A DNA stretch of 61,607 bases, filler included, from Fonticula-like sp. SCN 57-25 (GCA_001724245.1; 7 parts of 7 records of this genome joined end to end with filler, not necessarily neighbours in it); one strand, 5' to 3'; positions 39,008-51,405 are shown, counted from the first letter of the whole stretch. Notes: generated from the sequence alone by a model not told the origin. Numbers and translations are program-made.

Positions 39008-39906
39008 GCACCGCTTTTCTTTGATAGCAGAGCTTGCGTAACGTGCTGTTGTACTGTATTCAATACATTCCTTAAAACCAAATTAACACGCCCATTCATT
39101 CCATTTGTGTGACATGCGCTTTAGAGCCGGTTTATAGAGAAATGGGGACTGAAACCGTAGCATGCGTACAATCGGTCCCACTGTCTGCGGATCGACATCG
39201 GATCGCGATCTGGCCAGGCCGGGCCAAAAAGTTGCGCTCCACCGGCGCGCTTGGTCCGCCACCTCTTCCTGGACCGTGCCCCCCCCCCTGCCAGTGAGGT
39301 TGCTCTGGCGGCCCCTAGTACCGCGTCTTCGATGGCCTTCTCTGACTCGTCCCGCCCAACCCCGAAGTTGCCCGACCGTCCAATCACAGGCCGCCAAGAT
39401 CAAAATCGCATGCAAATCGCATGCAAATCGCAGGTGCGCGCGCGGGTTTTGTCAGGGTGGTGTCCTGTGTTTGTCGGGTGCTTGCCGTCGGGTACTGGGG
39501 GGAAGGTGCCGTGACGAGAGCAAGGGCTACCGAGAGAGCGAGCCTTCTTGTGGTTTGTCATTTACTTGAATCGCGTTTGAGTTGGGAAGCGAGAGATTGC
39601 CCGTTGAATTTGGCGGGGTTCCGTAGCAGGAAGCAGCATCACACCCCCTTTGTGATACTACTTTTGGAGCCTCTTTGCAAACGGTGATCTCTGGCATTTC
39701 GACTGTGTGAAATGTCAGACGATCTGGCATGGGCGCAGTACAAGCTGGCTCGGGAGACTTCGCTGAATGATGCGACGGCTGGCGAGGCTTTGGGATTGCA
39801 CTATGGNNNNNNNNNNNNNNNNNNNNNNNNNNNNNNNNNNNNNNNNNNNNTTAATTAATTAANNNNNNNNNNNNNNNNNNNNNNNNNNNNNNNNNNNNNN
39901 NNNNNN

Positions 39907-40940
39907 GGGGGCGATGCGGCACTTTTCGAGGACGGTGACCATGGCGTGCGTCATCATCATGCCGGGGACGGTGTGGCGGAAGCCCGAGAAGCTAAACTTG
40001 GCCGAGAGCGAGTCATACCAGGGGATCTGGTGGGGCGAGTGCACGTCCTTGTGCAGGTCGTGGTACGTGACAATCTCAAAGCCGGCCTTCTTGAGGGCGT
40101 CGATGACGTCGTGCGTCGAGGCGATGTCGGGGAGCCCGTTGCCGACCTCGATGCCAAACTTGAGCTCGCGGTGGTACGGGTTCTGCGGCTCGTACTTGTC
40201 GGTCATGCACCACTCAAAGCCCGCAAAGAGCGCGCCGGGCTTGAGGCAGCGGAGGATCTCGGAGAAGACGCCGACCTTGTCGGGCGCATGGCAGGTGGCC
40301 TCGATCGTAAAGGCCGCGTCGTACGAGCTGTCCTTGATCGGCAGCGACATAAAGTCCGCCTTGACAAAGTCGCACAGCTTGTCCAGACCGCCCTGCACGT
40401 TCTGCTTGTTGCCGCGCTTGATCTGGTAGTCGTTGTTGTTCACGCCAGTGATGTTGGCCCCGGAGAAGCGCGCGATCTGGCGCATCGGGCCGCCAATGCC
40501 GCACCCGATATCAAGGCACTTCATGCCGGGCGCGAGCTTGAGCTGCGAGGCGAGAAAGTGCTCGCTGCGCGCAAGCGACTCATTGAACGACTCGTCCTTG
40601 TAACGCGGCGCAAAGTGGAACGACTGGCCCCAGCCGTACTCGTAAAAGTCCGTCACAAGATCATAAAAGTTGTTCACCATCAACATATAGTTCTCCTATC
40701 AAGCGCAGAGAGAAAGGAACAAGAGAGCGCGTCAGTACACTGCCTCAAGTGCTGCCAGCGGGGCACGGGCCGGTGTGCATGGCACAAGCCGCCCCGGGCA
40801 TTTTTTCGTACCTTGCGCTCTTCGTGGTTATCCGTCTCGCGGAAGAGCGTAGCATACTGCTCGTACTCCTTATCCACCTGGCCCGACTTGGCCTTGGCGT
40901 CCTCGGTCTGACCGATCTGAAACACGGAAGGGGTCGACAT
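39907..40940 (-). CDS. ERG6: Sterol C24-methyltransferase, 3'-truncated
   Basis: FYDLVTDFYEYGWGQSFHF, LDIGCGIGGP, IEATCHAP, LKPG, IEVGNGLP. Confidence 0.95.
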
Positions 40941-41364
40941 GGCGTCGCGATCCTTGGGCAGCGGAGCGAAAGACGGTCGCGACAAGGAGGGAGCAGTGGT
41001 TGCTTCCCCTGACAAACTTTATACTCTATGCGAAGCGCGTCGCTGATTGGTCGTAAGGGTATCACCTTATCCGCCTGAGCGGGGGATACACCACGGCATC
41101 TATAGGAGCGAATAGGCGAAAGCATGGGGGGACGCCTTGCATGCATCCCACGCGCGATTCCCTTATCTGGCGAAATGGCCTGATCGACTCCTCAACATCC
41201 TCGTCATGATTTTGGTCTGATCACACTGATCTGATTCAAATCAGAAATCAGGGAGAATCAGCGGCCACCAATCGGATCGCGATCGAGGAATAGAATGAAT
41301 CTAGATCGCGTCGTCCACGAGGCGAAACACAGCTGCTCTTTCCTCGAGGACCGTCCGCTTGGGA

Positions 41365-43347
41365 ATGGTGCGTGTGGCGGCGGGATCGTTTGACGGCGGG
41401 CAGCGCGCTTATACTTGCTGTGTTTCTTTAATGTGTAGGCCACCTTTTTGCTGTTCGAGTCCGCCTCGGGCTATGCGCTCCTTGAGCGCCTCGAGAGCGA
41501 GGAGATTGGCCAGGAATTGGCTGAGGTGCAGGCCGCCATGCGCGACCTCGGCAAGTTTGGCAAGATCGTCAAGCTCAAGTCCTTTGTGCCGTTCAAGTCG
41601 GCCGCTCACGCTCTTGAGAACATTAACGATATCACTGAGGGTATCGTCAATGACCACCTGAAGACCTTCCTTGAGGCCAACATGCCCGCCGCCAAGCCGG
41701 GCAAGAAGTCCAAGGCCCAGCTCGCCGTGGCCGATGCCAAGCTCGGCGGTGCCATCCAGGACGGCGTCGGCATCTCGTGCGTTTCCACCGAGGTGACTGA
41801 CGAGCTCCTCCGTGGCGTGCGTCTCCACTTTTCCAAGCTCGTCAAGCAGTTCAAGGGTGCGTTCTTTTTCAGCCTTTTTTCAACTCTTTTCATCGGTTGC
41901 TTACCCGCCGGCCTTGTCCAGATGGCGATGTTGAGCGCGCCCAGCTTGGTCTCGGCCACGCGTACTCGCGCGCCAAGGTCAAGTTCAACGTGAACCGTGT
42001 CGACAACATGATTATCCAGGCGATTGCCCTTCTCGATCAGATGGACAAGGATCTGAACACGTTCTCGATGCGCGTTCGCGAGTGGTACTCGTGGCACTTT
42101 CCCGAGCTTGTGAAGCTCGTGACGGACCACCACCAGTATGCCCGCCTCATCGTCCTGATCCAGAACAAGACCGACCTCACTGCCGAGGATGTCCCCGCGA
42201 TCGAGGAGGTTGTCGGCGACGAGACCAAGGCCAAGCAGATCCTCGATGCCGCCCGCAGCTCGATGGGTACCGACATTTCCGAGATTGACCTCGCCAACAT
42301 CACGCTGTTTGCCGAGCGCGTCGTTGCGCTCTCCGAGTACCGCAAGAACCTCTTCTCGTACCTCTCGTCCAAAATGCACAGCGTCGCCCCCAACCTCTCC
42401 GCCCTCATCGGCGAGGTCGTCGGCGCCCGCCTCATCGCCCACGCCGGCTCGCTCACCAATCTCTCAAAGTACCCGGCCTCGACCGTCCAGATTCTCGGTG
42501 CCGAGAAGGCTCTCTTCCGGTGCGTTGCTCGTTGAAGTTTTAGTGTGGAAGCGTGGTGGTGATATTGTTGTTGAGTGTCATTGATGATGTTGATTGAAAG
42601 TCATTGATGATGATGATGATGATGATGATGATGTGTATGTGTATGTGTATGTGTATGGCTGTTATTGTTATCATTCTTGCACTTTTTCATACACTTTTAC
42701 TTACATTTCTCCTCTTTTTAGTGCGCTCAAGACGCGCGGCAACACGCCCAAGTACGGTCTCATTTTCCACTCGTCGTTCATTGGCCGCGCCGGGCAAAAG
42801 AACAAGGGCCGCATCTCGCGGTACCTCGCCAACAAGTGCTCAATCGCCGCGCGCATTGACTGCTTCACGGAGATCCCGACCTCAAAGTTTGGCGACGCGC
42901 TCCGCGGCCAGGTCGAGGACCGCCTCGTTTTCTATGAGACGGGCAAGGCGCCCGCCCGCAACGTGGACGTAATGAAGGGTGTCATCAGCTCCCTCGATTC
43001 GGGTACGCTTTGGGCGCAGTGATTGGCTGGAAAGTGGCGGGAAAGGGCACGAAATGTGTGGAAAGAAAGTATGATGTTAATTTTCCCTTTTTGCGAGACA
43101 TTTTCCATGGTCGCAAAAAATTTCTCATTTGAATATTTCTGATTCTTTCTCTTTCCACTTTGTGATGGCCCATTTTTTGACTTTTTTTGCTGTATTTCTT
43201 GAACTTATGGCCACGTGCTAACTTTTGCTGCTCGCAGATCGCGTCAAGACGCCAAAAAAGTCAAAGAAGCGCGCCACGGAGGAGGAGGAGGAGGAGCCTG
43301 AGCCGACGCCAAGCAAGAAGAAGAAGTCGAAGAAGTCGGCTGAGTAA
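41365..43347 (+). CDS. NOP56: Nucleolar protein 56 (box C/D snoRNP core)
   Basis: [69 protein letters not shown]-rich tail; intron directly after the ATG. Confidence 0.95.
43061..43149 (+). ncRNA. Intronic box C/D snoRNA candidate (LSU rRNA 2'-O-methylation guide)
   Basis: In NOP56 intron 43003-43237: C-like box ATGATGT 43071, D box CTGA 43139-43142, terminal stem GAAAGAA/TTCTTTC, guide TTCTCATTTGAATATTT complementary to LSU rRNA AAAUAUUCAAAUGAGAA (recalled). Confidence 0.78.
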
Positions 43348-43771
43348 ATAGTAAGAGGCGCATGGTTTATTGCGATTTTTAAACATTTTCACCTCTTTTT
43401 CCTTCTTCTTTCTCTTCATTCCCCTTTTCCCCCTTTGTTCTCGCGGGCGCAAGGGCGATATGTGATGTTTTTCCCTTTCCCTCTAGGCGGGTTTTTCGTA
43501 GTTGTGTCTTTCTTTTTCTTTCCTTTCTTTCCTTTTATGATGGCAAATATAAAAGGCAAAACAAAACTCATTCTCGCAACACACAATGTCAGCATTGTTA
43601 AATATGTTGTCGTACATGAAGAGGGTCCATATTGAATGTATCCATGTTCAAGCATCTTACCAGACAGTGCACATGCTGATCTTGTGTGCAACAGATGGTC
43701 TTTGATCTCGTCTCATGCAATGTCATTGGTATTATTGAATAATGTACACTCTATGCACGGCGCAGCCTGCA

Positions 43772-44381
43772 CTACTCCGCCTTGTCCTTGTCCTTGGCAT
43801 CCTTCGGCCCATCCCTCGGCCGCATCGCGTGGTTCATGAGCATCACGCCAGAGAAGAGTAGCGATGCACCGAGGTACCACCGCATCGACAGCGGCTCGCC
43901 AAAGAACACGTTGCCCATCACAGACTGCGCCACATGAGCGTTAGTATGACGTACATGATGGCGGTGGGCGTACGGTGAAGAAGAGGTTAGCGGCGCTGTT
44001 GACGACCGTGACGTGCGCGGTGCTCTTTGAGAGCGACATTGACCACGTAAAGAGGCCCCACATGAGGATATTGCACGCGACGATGAGCGCGGCAAAGACG
44101 GCGCGCGACGCAGCATCCGCCTGCTCGTACATGGCATAGTTGGGATCAGCGGCCATGGCGGGCGATCCGAGCGAGGTGCACAGCGAGGGATCCGACAAAA
44201 GAAGGCGGCAAAGCAATCGCTAGCGACACAAAAGAGTCAGAAAGGAATAGAAAAAAGTTCCAATAAGAGTGTCACGCACGCTGCCATGCATCTCGTCGCC
44301 GTGCTCGACCGTCAGCTTGGCAAACACCGACGCGAGCGAGCCGCACAGGCCCGCCAGCGCCGCTACCACCACACCAAGCAT
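43772..44381 (-). CDS. TMEM42: TMEM42-like membrane protein (DMT superfamily)
   Basis: AGLCGSLASVFAKL, N..MW.LFT.S, VNSAANLFFT..G..FFGE.LS..W..GASL..G. Confidence 0.8.
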
Positions 44382-44694
44382 CACGGCCACGTGATCTGGT
44401 GACAGGCGAGGTGACAGAGCACGGGGATATGATTGGTCGGTGTATTTGGGGAGCCGCATCGGCGCTATGTATCATAGACGAGCCTGTGTTATTGTAGCTC
44501 GTTTGAGAATATAATTAGTGTAAACAATGAAGAAAAATTATACTTTACCCGTGTGTATGATAAAGTATGTATAAAAGTGTCATTGTTACCGTGCTGTCCT
44601 ATGTGCGACTTCGCCGGCTCGAGCACCAATCATGCCTGTTTATTGTCTGATTGGATTCCTTGTTTTCCCTTTGATTGTCGGGTCTGGCTGCACG

Positions 44695-46680
44695 ATGGAG
44701 ACGGCGGCAGAGCGGCAGCGCAATGCGCTTATGAAGGATCTCATCTCGGTACGCGCGCCTCTGCTCTCCTCTTCTTCTTTGTCGCCTGACTTTTTCCCTT
44801 TTTCAGACGATGAAGGCGGACGACAAGGTGTGGTCGCCCGTCGTTCGCGCCGCAGAAAAGTATTCCAATGCCCTGAAGGGTGCGCACTGGATCCCTCTTT
44901 CTCACGCTCTCTGCTAACGAATGGGCGAGCGCAGACGTGCAGAGCTCTGCGGTCGACCTTTACGAGGTGCTGATCAAGGCGGCTGCGGCCGGTGACAAGC
45001 CGACGACGGTCGATCTCGGTGCGCATTCCTTGCTGTTGCTCACTGCTGCTGATGCCTGTCCGAGCAGGCCAAGGCATCGGGGCGATCGCCGAAGTGTTCC
45101 GCAGCATCGAGCTGTCCCGCGCGTCGGTTTTCAGCGCTTTCCAGGACGAGTTTATTGCCAAGCTTTCGCACGCGCAGCAGTCGAGCAAGTCGAACGCGCA
45201 GGTGCGACAAATCATCCACGAGCACCTCCCTTGCTCACTGATGCCCCGCAGAAACTTGAAAAGGACTATGCCAAGGAGCGAGACCGCGTCGCTGGCGACG
45301 TAAAGCGTGCCGAGCAGGAATCGCAAAAGGCCGGCAAGCGCAGCAATCAGGCGCTCTCGCAGGCGATGACGCAGCTCGCCGAGAAGCTCAAGGAGGTTGA
45401 GCAGGTCGGCCAGTCGCACCTGAAGGACGTGATCGTCGAGGATCGCCGTCGCTTCTGCTTCTTTATCGACTCGTTTGGCCAGGTGATGCACCACGACCTG
45501 CTCTTCCACGAGCGGGCCGTGAGCACCCTCAAGTCGGCGCTCGGCGACTTTACCGCCCTTGCAAAGCTTGCCGACACTCTGCCGACCGACGTCGAGAGCA
45601 TCCTCAAGGTGCGTGTCGAGGGAAAAACGTGATCTTGGCATGTTTCAAGTCGTTTTGTTGTGGTTTTTGTATGGTAATTCATGTTGCTTTTGTACTGACT
45701 ATTACTTTAGACCCACCAGCGCACCTTTGTCCCGATTCAGGGCGACCCCGACGACGCCCCCGCCCACTCTGACGACTACGACGTCGCTTCCAGCCTCGGC
45801 CGCGGCACCGGCACCGACGTCGCCGCCGCCCTCAGCCGCATGTCGGTCGCCTCCGCGCCCTATGACGGCGTCATCCGCGAGGGCGACACTGTCCGCGCGC
45901 TGTTTGACTACCACGCCGACGAGCCCGACCGACTCCCGCTGCGCGCCAACGAGACCGTCACGGTCGTCATGCCCGACAACGCGGGGTGGACGCGCGGGCG
46001 CGCGAATGGGAGCGAGGGATGGTTCCCGTCAAACTATGTCGAGAAGGTGAGGCCGCCGGCGCCTGCTGCTGCTGCGCCTGCGCCGGCGGCACCGATGCCC
46101 GCGGCGGCAATGTCGATGGGCGCGATGATGGCCGGCGGGCCCAAGCCGGTGACGCTCATGAGGCCGGTGTCGAGTGTGCAGCAGCAGCCTGTTATGCAGG
46201 CGCCGGTGCAGCAGCACGTGGTGGAGCAGCCGGCCGCGAGGACGGGTGTCACGCCGCCGCCGCCGCCGCCAAAGGTGCGCCGATAATGAGGGAGAAGGGA
46301 AGTGATATGTAGTGTATGATGATGGGTATTTTGGTTATGTGTTGTTATCCACGCGGCCTCATTTCCTGCAATACTGACATCTTTTCCAGAGCGGCAAGCC
46401 TTCCAACTCGTCGGCCGCGCCTCCGCCGCCGCCCAAGGCCGCAGCCGCGCCGCCGATGCCCCCGCCTAAGTCGAGCAAGAACAGCAGCAGCGGTGGCCCT
46501 CCTCCGCCTCCCCCCCCGAAGGGAGGAGGGGGTGCACCCCCGCCACCCCCGCCGGCCAAGGGCGGCAAGAGCGGCGGCGGCGGCGGCGGCAACGACCGCG
46601 GCGCGCTGCTCAGCTCTATCCAGGGCGGCGCGCGGCTAAAAAAGACGGTCACGAACGACCGGTCGGCGCCCCAAATGTGA
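44695..46680 (+). CDS. I-BAR (IMD)-SH3-proline-rich-WH2 actin/membrane adaptor, IRSp53/MIM-like
   Basis: Helical N-terminus with EDRRRFCFF; SH3 VRALFDY..GW..GWFPSNYV; poly-Pro; WH2 RGALLSSIQGGARLKKTVTNDRSAP. Confidence 0.82.
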
Positions 46681-47177
46681 GCAAAAGAAAAGAAGAAGAT
46701 GATGAGGAAGAGGAAGAAGGGATGGCGGCAGTCGGCCGTTTGATAGCGAGTTTGCTTTTGGCCATTTTCTCCCCGCGGTTTGGGGAGCGGTTTCGGTTTT
46801 GTGTAATCACAACATACTCAGTAATATATTGGTAGTTATATGCAAAGAGGTTTGACGGGGTGAGGAAGGGAAAGGTATATTTTGGTAGAGCATACTTGCC
46901 ACCTTTATTAGCGCTTTGTTGTACCGCAGAGCGGTCCAAAGGCACCAAAATTTGCCTCACTTCATGACAGGCAACGACACAAGGTGCGTTCACCATCAAA
47001 ACACATATGATTGGACCAAAAATCCAAAGTGAACAACAGATCTTGATCACTTTGCACCTTCGTCCGCCATCCCACGCNNNNNNNNNNNNNNNNNNNNNNN
47101 NNNNNNNNNNNNNNNNNNNNNTTAATTAATTAANNNNNNNNNNNNNNNNNNNNNNNNNNNNNNNNNNNNNNNNNNNN

Positions 47178-47740
47178 TCTACAAGTCTCTGGCGTTCTAC
47201 CTCTGCGAGTCTCTGGCGTTCTGCCTCCCTCTGCTGCTGCGCCCGTTGTTCCCAGACATTCTGAGCGGGCTGCGGTTGAGGAGCTGGAGCGACGATGGCA
47301 GATTGTGTTGGCGGCCGAGGCGATGTCGCTGTAGATCTTGGCTGTGGCACCTCGGGGGCTGTCACATTCAATAGCCAACAAGGCTGACCCCTTGCGATGC
47401 ACATTCCGCAGAGCGATTGTTCGTGAGGCTTGCCATTCTGTGGCTCGCTTGATGACCGATGGCGGTCGTAGCGATCGTTGTCGTCGTTGAGCCACATCGC
47501 GAAGGGATCGCATTCTTCACCGCAATTTTTGCATTCCTGCCACCCGTCCGCATGGTTAACAAAAGCATGTGCCGACACCCACCATGATCCGCAGCTGCAC
47601 TTGAAACACCCAAAGCTCTTTCTTGGGCGCTTGAATGCGGATGCGGGATACCATTTGCCGGGCGAACTCACGGGGGGGTCAAGCCGGGCAATCCAGGCCG
47701 CATCCCGCTCCTCTTGGGTTTGCTTCTTCTTTCGCGGCAT
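47178..47740 (-). CDS. 3CxxC zinc-finger protein (ZCCHC24/ZAR1-like domain), 3'-truncated
   Basis: FG.FKC.C..W.SAHA..QECKNC..P..KPH..LCGMC..G..C, then Pro/Gln linker and coiled coil. Confidence 0.75.
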
Positions 47741-48129
47741 CGCCTCGCTTGCCGTTGCCTCACAGGCTCACACTTGACTTGGTCGGCCTGCCGCAAGAGC
47801 CGAGTGGCGATTTTGTCGCAGGACACAGAAGTCACGTTGCCACTTGCCAAACTGCCGAGTGCCGACAGCGAATCTTTCACGTGATTGGTCGAAATCGGGG
47901 ATGTTTCTGATTCCCGCCATTACTTTGCCACTACAAAAAAGCATAAGTCTAGGCTGTATTATTTTGTAGCCGAATCAGTGTTCAAAAGAGGTTTATCAAA
48001 GCATAATTGTCATGAAAGTGCATTCCATACTACAAATTAATATACAACTTGTTTGGTAAACTAGCCAAACATCACCCGAAACATCCTTTTTCCTTTCCAC
48101 AATTTGTCGCGAAACCGACAAAAATTCCC

Positions 48130-48933
48130 TCATTCATCTTGTTGTTGACTATTCCTTTCTTGCAATACTTGCTTATTCATTTCCTCCCTTCTAAACACCC
48201 CCCTCTCGTTGTAGATATCCCGTATGGACACCAAGGTCGCGGCATCGTCCGCCTTGAGCGCCGCCAGGATCTGCTGCGATTTAACGCCATCCGCCGCAAG
48301 CTTGTGCACCTTTTCGCGCTGCTCGCGCGTCATGCGGCGGTGGATGGCAAGCTCCGCCACAGATGCCGCCGGCGAGTGGTTGTGATGGCCGTTGACGAGT
48401 TGCAGCATCCACGAGCCATCGTCGCGATGCACGCCTTTCAGACGAAAGGGGCAGTTGCACTTGCGCGAAGTGGGGCGGCGGCGGCGCGTCTCGGGTGTGA
48501 GGCCGCACTTGTTGCTCACTGGACCGGACCGCGTGCAGGCAATGTAAATCGCCTTGGATTTTGCGCTCTCGATGCTCACGGCAAACTTGTGCTGCTTGGC
48601 AAAGAATTGGGCGCCGCGGATGAGGAGATCACGCGAGGCGTATTCGGTGGGAGTAAAAGAAACAGAAAAGGGCTTTTCGGAAACAGCGTCGCTTTCTTCA
48701 TCTGTAGCATCGGCTTCGGCATCACGAGCGGCATCGGCATCGGGCGCAGGGACATCGGCAGTCGTCAAGCGGATATCGGAGTTGGCCGCACGGAATCCTT
48801 CATTGAGCGCACGGACATCGGCCGCGCGGGAGGCAACTACAACAAAATCAGCAACACACATTGCTTGTTTTCTGGCCGTACCCGCAACGAGAGCCCGCAC
48901 GAGATTCTCCACAGTGAGCGCTTCGTCCGCCAT
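48130..48933 (-). CDS. FAR1/AFT-type (WRKY-GCM1 fold) DNA-binding protein derived from a MULE transposase N-terminus
   Basis: FA..HKFAV..IACTRSG..RRR..SRKCNCPF..W..HNH..HRR..I..L..RDIYN; no DDE domain; uninterrupted ORF. Confidence 0.78.
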   Translation of the reverse strand: MADEALTVENLVRALVAGTARKQAMCVADFVVVASRAADVRALNEGFRAANSDIRLTTADVPAPDADAARDAEADATDEESDAVSEKPFSVSFTPTEYASRDLLIRGAQFFAKQHKFAVSIESAKSKAIYIACTRSGPVSNKCGLTPETRRRRPTSRKCNCPFRLKGVHRDDGSWMLQLVNGHHNHSPAASVAELAIHRRMTREQREKVHKLAADGVKSQQILAALKADDAATLVSIRDIYNERGVFRREEMNKQVLQERNSQQQDE

Positions 48934-49209
48934 GATGTCGTTGACGAGCTTCAAAGATTCCCGCCAAAATGATACTCGACGCTGATTGGTCCACTCGTTC
49001 GCGGCAAATTTTTAACAGTTTTGTGCATGTTTTGCAGGTCAAATACTGTTCCATATGCGCTTTTAACGTGTGCCCTTCACGTATATACACACAAGTGGCA
49101 ATATACATACGTAGAAATATAGTTCAAAAGGGCAATACTTGTAGTACTTTTCATTAAGATACAGATGCCCCTAACAGGCATTCATCAGGACATTACAAAG
49201 ACAAAACTT

Positions 49210-51405
49210 TTAATTGAGCAGCTTCAACTTGAACCTGAGCGCAATTGCAGCTCCAATAAACACAAACGCGACCATTACCGCCGTCATTGCCCAATTCAAC
49301 ACGTGGCGCTCATCCGCCCCCGGGTAGATCAGCTCGAGGTAAAAATTGCCCGTCGGGTACCTGCACACCTGATCGCTCTCCCTACAATTGAACACAAGGC
49401 CCTCAAACTCATTCACGACGACCAATTCAGACGAGTATTTCGCCACAGACACGTAGGAAAGCGTGCTAAAGAACGGCGGCATCGATTCGACGCTCCGCAA
49501 AAATCCGCTGCCGAGCATCGCCAAGATCGAGATCGCGAGCGATCCCATGCTGTTTGCCAAATTCATATCGAAAAAGAGACCAAGCTAGCACAAAAAAAAG
49601 TTTAGACACGAAATTAAACACGTAATAATGAAATAAAACAAGCATAAACTATGAAATTGAATATGAAAACAAACAAAAAATTCGTACCATAAGGACACCC
49701 AAGAGTTCGCCCCAGATATGTAAAAGGACCATGACGCCCCAAAAGGAAAAAATGTGCGCCGCGCCCGTTTGCAGGCCAAGTTGAAAGTACGTAATGAGAA
49801 GGAAAACGGTGGCGGCGATGAGCGACGTCGGCAGCATGTGGGCAAGGTAGGCGAGCATGAGAGTGAAAGAGTTGTAGGATTCGTCGCGGCGCTCGCGGAA
49901 GAAAAGGTCGCGGTGTTCAGGGACTATGATGTGTCAGCAAAGAATAGTAAAGTAAAGTAAAGTAAAGTAAAGTAAAGTAAAGTAAAGTAGCAAAAATGTG
50001 CCAAAAATGAGCCAAAAGTGATCCAAAAGCAACTAAACTATACTAAAAAGACCCCAAAAACCTCCCAAAAACCTCCCAAAATAACGTACAAAGAGCCAAT
50101 GAATTCAACATTCCGATAAACATTGCACAACTAACACTCTCAAACAAAAACCCCGTCCTATTCTGCACCGACGACTGCTCCAACCCCAGCGAAATTATAT
50201 ACGCCAGCATGATCAGCCCAAACATTCCCAACTGCATTGTCCTATCAAAAATGGCGCTCGGGTCGCGCGCCATATTCTTCATCATCCTCGCGTAGAGCGT
50301 CCCGAACGCGCTCAACATTCCCGGCGGATCGCGCTTGGCGAGCGGCAGCGGATCGTCCTTGCCGTGCGCGTCCATGCTGTCCTGCAGCGCGGCGAACGGC
50401 GCCGACGCGTGGTACGAGGCCACAAGTGAGACGAGGCGCTTGAGCGTGTCGCGCTGAACGCGCTCACTACGCTTGTCAATGCTCACGACGTCAACTGAAG
50501 CGGAAAACACGAAAAAAATGAGCTACAGGGCTGTGGCAGGCGTGTTAGAGGCGTACTGTAGTGGTCGAGCGGGCTGGCGTAGGCGTCGCAGGGGAAGCCG
50601 ATGCTCTCAAAGTAGGGGACGACGCCTTGGGCGGTGCCAAAGTAGACGCACTCGCCTTGTGACATGAGCATCATCACATCGAGCAGCTCAAAGATGTCGG
50701 AGCGCGGCTGATGCACGGTGAAGACGATGGTGCGGCCCTGATCTGCGCTGAGGGATCGCAGCATCTGGACGATGCTGTGTGCGGTAAAGCTGTCGAGGCC
50801 GGTCGTGGGCTCGTCTAGGAATAGAACGTGGGGCTGGCTGAGGAGCTGCAGGCCAATGGAGACGCGGCGTTTTTCGCCGCCGCTCAGGCCGCGGCGAAAG
50901 GTGCCGCCAACACGGCGATCGGCGACATGGCGGAGGCCGAGGGAGGCGATCGTCGCCGAGACGCGGTCGGACATTTCGGCGGATGAGAGGGAGCTGGGGA
51001 GGCGAAGGCGCGCAGAGTAGAGGAGCGTCTCGCGGACAGACAGATTGGGGAGAAGGCGGTCATCCTGCATCACATACCCTGAAACGAGTGTCAGCAATGA
51101 CGCATCAACAACAAATTTTAATAGAACAAACCGGTATTGAGACGCAAATAGTCGCTCGAGGCGCGCTCGCCATTGAGGCTGACGATGCCCTCGATGCCGT
51201 CGGACGTCTGACCGGCAAGAATGTCCAGCAGGGTGGTCTTGCCAGATCCGGACGAGCCGAGGATCGCGCAGCACTGGCCCGGCGTTACAAGCCCGGAAAT
51301 CTTGTTCAGGATGTACTTGCGGCCGTCGGCAGACCGGACAGAGTACGAAAGATCGCGAAACATGAGCGTCGCGCCCGGCGACCGCTCGCCGCCATCCGCG
51401 ATCAT
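49210..51405 (-). CDS. ABCG5: ABCG half transporter, ABCG5-like
   Basis: GSSGSGKTTLLD, LSGGEKRRVSI, LDEPTTGLD, HQPRSDIF, QNRTG, GMLNS, GSGFLR..MP..KYSSE..VNEF.GL.FNC. Confidence 0.8.
49946..49989. repeat. (AGTAA)n pentanucleotide microsatellite
   Basis: Seen directly in an ABCG intron. Confidence 0.95.

Noticed and set aside
39403-39432. Two ATGCAAAT octamers suggesting an snRNA promoter
   Set aside because: They arise from an 11-bp tandem repeat and no snRNA sequence is recognisable downstream
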